The translations under genes and the position numbers were made by a program. A stretch of 11,002 nt of DNA from a virus. Lineage: Duplodnaviria > Heunggongvirae > Uroviricota > Caudoviricetes. The notes under the pieces are model-generated. The model ran no database searches. It was not told the origin of the DNA and saw only the letters and a list, made by a program, of their open reading frames with translations. How positions within the stretch are numbered: position 1 is the stretch's first letter; every line of letters begins with the position of its first letter. Location: the IMG/VR virus record IMGVR_UViG_2541047680_000013; one strand, written 5' to 3'. Positions 7,990 through 11,002 of the stretch are shown piece after piece.

Positions 7990-8187
7990 ATGGCACTGGA
8001 CAGTTATGCATCTCCGAATATTATTCCGGAGCTAAGACAACCGAATGCCGCAGCAGGTAAGATCACGCTAGGGGGGCTGGACAGAATGGCTGTTACGCCC
8101 AGTGTGAAGAAAAGAAGGCTAAGTATGGTAGAATTTCCATACGCACAGACCTTGTTATCCGACTATACAGCCTGGAAGGCACTATGA
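7990..8187 (+). CDS. Small hypothetical ORF (65 aa) possibly co-transcribed with the downstream 262-aa gene
   Basis: Its stop overlaps the next ATG (ATGA at 8184-8187). Weak GGGG RBS. No recognisable motif, so it may be spurious. Confidence 0.3.
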   Translation: MALDSYASPNIIPELRQPNAAAGKITLGGLDRMAVTPSVKKRRLSMVEFPYAQTLLSDYTAWKAL

Positions 8188-8972
8188 CAAATCTACAACT
8201 GGAAGAAAGATTTAGGGCGCTTGAGAAAGATTACGATGCGCTCATTTCCACAAAATATACTGCGCAGAACGTTCTCACTCACACTATGGAAACCTATGTT
8301 GATTCTGGTAAATATAAAAACTGGATCGCCAGAGTGAAAAAGTTAATAGAGGACAGCTACGGAAAAGAGTCTGATTATTACAATGACTTCAATACTGTAA
8401 ACAGCAGGTGGTCTTCTAATTACAATACACTGATCAAAAGTTATAAACCGTTGTTTGATGCGGCGAGAGATGATCTTGCGCACTCTGCTGTCAGTACTAA
8501 TACTCCTCAAGAAGGTTCGCCGCTGAGCCTCGTACTTAATATTCTTAACAGGTTTCCGACCTTTGTTCGCCAGTTAAAGAGGCGGTACAACGGCCGTGCG
8601 CCGCTTGAAGTTAATGATGAGTATGACGTACAGGATTTGATTTATGCACTGCTGACGCTTCATTTTAATGATATTAGGGCGGAAGAGTATACCCCCAGCT
8701 TTGCGGGCGCGGCCTCAAGACAGGACTTTCTTTTGAAAAAAGAGAAAATTGTGATAGAGGTGAAGAAAACCCGTGAATCTCTGGGAGCGGGTAAAGTTGG
8801 TGGAGAGTTGCTTATTGATATGGCGCGCTACCGCGCTCACCAAGACTGCGATACGTTGATCTTGTTTGTATATGACCCGGATTGCTACATAAATAATCCT
8901 TTGGGCGTGAAAACCGATCTGGAATCTAAAGACGCGGAAGGAAAAGTGAAGGTTGTTATTGCGCAGTTCTGA
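8184..8972 (+). CDS. Hypothetical protein, 262 aa, with a C-terminal PD-(D/E)xK-like nuclease signature
   Basis: RBS GGAAGG upstream. Helical N-terminal half, then ...NDEYD...RAEEY...RQ-D181-FLLKKEKIVI-E192-V-K194 (nt 8724-8765), resembling the E/D...D-x(10-15)-ExK restriction-endonuclease-fold motif. Lower GC than the P4 core. Confidence 0.75.
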   Translation: MTNLQLEERFRALEKDYDALISTKYTAQNVLTHTMETYVDSGKYKNWIARVKKLIEDSYGKESDYYNDFNTVNSRWSSNYNTLIKSYKPLFDAARDDLAHSAVSTNTPQEGSPLSLVLNILNRFPTFVRQLKRRYNGRAPLEVNDEYDVQDLIYALLTLHFNDIRAEEYTPSFAGAASRQDFLLKKEKIVIEVKKTRESLGAGKVGGELLIDMARYRAHQDCDTLILFVYDPDCYINNPLGVKTDLESKDAEGKVKVVIAQF

Positions 8973-9006
8973 CACGCTTAAGTGTCACCTTACAGGATTA
9001 GGTTTG

Positions 9007-9053
9007 CGGCCGTGCCAGCAGGACGAGCATGAAAAAGGCCGCTGGCACGGCCG
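9007..9053. terminator. Stem-loop between convergent genes (candidate bidirectional terminator)
   Basis: 13-bp inverted repeat CGGCCGTGCCAGC (9007-9019) / GCTGGCACGGCCG (9041-9053) with a 21-nt loop. Flanks are only weakly T/A-rich. Confidence 0.45.
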
Positions 9054-9059
9054 GATTTG

Positions 9060-9353
9060 TCATCTTTGCCAGGTCAAATCAAAATCTACGTGAAAATCCG
9101 CAGGCTTAAGCTCGCAACTGCCACCACGCCCAATTAACGACGTTATGTTTACAACGTTTGAACCTGTTGAGATGGCAAGTTGAGTGTCATCTGTAAACGT
9201 GATGATTAGCATTTCAGTCTGATGAACCTGTACTCCAGTTTTCTGAAAACCAATCTGGACAGATTTCACCGTTTTCCCAACCATTTCACGGGCTTGATTG
9301 ATAGAGTAATTAGCTTCAACTTGTAGGTCATTCCTGAACTTGGGTAGTGTCAT
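9060..9353 (-). CDS. Hypothetical protein, 97 aa, downstream partner of the GIY-YIG gene
   Basis: Strong RBS (AAAGAGGA, 6-nt spacer, ATG) on the minus strand. No recognisable motif. Confidence 0.7.
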   Translation of the reverse strand: MTLPKFRNDLQVEANYSINQAREMVGKTVKSVQIGFQKTGVQVHQTEMLIITFTDDTQLAISTGSNVVNITSLIGRGGSCELKPADFHVDFDLTWQR

Positions 9354-9563
9354 TTTACATCCTCTTTAGTGAAGTTTTCGCTATTTAAATCAGCAGCATT
9401 CCTTTTAAATCACTGGCATGTCAGCAGTGGATAGTCTGAGTGTAACGTCCAGTGAGGGGAATAAATATTGGTCAGACTTTGCACAAAAGAGCCAACTATC
9501 GCGGGCTCTCTCTCATCATGTGCGAAAATTGACCACAATATGAAATCCAGTTCCATTCCGAAA

Positions 9564-10398
<835 letters not shown>

Positions 10399-10430
10399 AC
10401 TTATAATCCCTACTAGTTAGCATTATGATT

Positions 10431-11002
10431 GTAACCGGCTCATTTAAACCGTCTGGTCTGTTTCCTCCGGCTCTACAAAAATAATGTCCATCATTTTTAA
10501 TGGACACTATCGTATGAAACACCGGACCTGGATCACTGAAGCTTTACGTCTTCACTTTGAAGAACATTTACCCCGGGTTGTGGCCGGGCGTCGCCTGGGT
10601 GTACCAAAATCAACAGTTTGTAGTATGTTCGTGCGCTTTCGGAGAGCTGGCCTTTCGTGGCCTTTGCCCGCAGGCATGTCGGAGCAGGAACTTGATGCCT
10701 GCCTTTACGGACAATTTTCCACGGTACCAGTCGTACGTCCTGAAAGCACCGTTATATCCGAAGCCCCCGTGGTAAAAAAACGTCCCCGGCGGCCCAACTT
10801 CCCTTATGAGTTTAAAATCGCCTTAGTGGAGCAGTCACTGCAGCCCGGAGCCTGTGTGGCGCAGATCGCCCGGGAAAACGGAATCAACGATAACCTGCTC
10901 TTCAACTGGCGCCATCAATACCGGAAAGGTGGCCTGCTGCCTTCCGGAAAAAATATGCCGGCACTGCTTCCCGTGACGTTAACGCCGGAGCCGGATAATA
11001 AA
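10431..11002 (+). mobile_element. 5' end of an insertion sequence (family uncertain); continues beyond the window
   Basis: Composition changes at about 10430 (GTAACCGGCTC...). A transposase-type HTH ORF starts at 10514 and runs off the window end. Confidence 0.5.
10514..11002 (+). CDS. IS-element HTH protein (transposase OrfA / accessory type), 3'-truncated by the window edge
   Basis: Open frame of 163 codons with no stop. The segment KKRPRRPNFPYEFKIALVEQSLQPGACVAQIARENGINDNLLFNWRHQYRKGG resembles the HTH of IS3-type OrfA proteins (for example IS2 InsC). The N-terminal ...AGLSWPLPAGMSEQELDACLY resembles IS21 IstA-like N-termini. Not in the ORF track because it has no stop in the window. Confidence 0.6.
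   Translation, partial: MKHRTWITEALRLHFEEHLPRVVAGRRLGVPKSTVCSMFVRFRRAGLSWPLPAGMSEQELDACLYGQFSTVPVVRPESTVISEAPVVKKRPRRPNFPYEFKIALVEQSLQPGACVAQIARENGINDNLLFNWRHQYRKGGLLPSGKNMPALLPVTLTPEPDNK

Noticed and set aside
7453-8000. Search for a tRNA gene or tRNA 3'-end-derived att core after crr
   Set aside because: No T-arm/acceptor-like sequence (GGTTCGA...CCA) was found by eye. A faint resemblance at 7591-7601 (ACTCCGCCAGC) to a tmRNA-like 3' end is too short and imperfect to call.

Overview
Most of this window (about 1-7450) is the conserved core of a P4-type satellite phage (phage-plasmid): a cos site, the late operon psu-delta-sid on the minus strand, an iteron-type ori flanked by two Delta/Ogr-type late promoter sites, the left operon ending in the 777-aa alpha primase-helicase, and a crr made of two ~120-bp direct repeats. 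Identifications rest on gene order, product lengths and motifs read by eye, not on any database search. Beyond about 7450 the sequence becomes more AT-rich and the content changes: a terminator-bounded non-coding stretch, a plus-strand unit whose 262-aa product carries a PD-(D/E)xK-like nuclease signature, a convergent minus-strand unit encoding a GIY-YIG-motif protein plus a 97-aa partner, and the 5' end of an IS element. No integrase, tRNA, att core or CRISPR array was found. The two nuclease-motif units next to the satellite are the best candidate for an undescribed, possibly anti-phage, system; that function is inference only.
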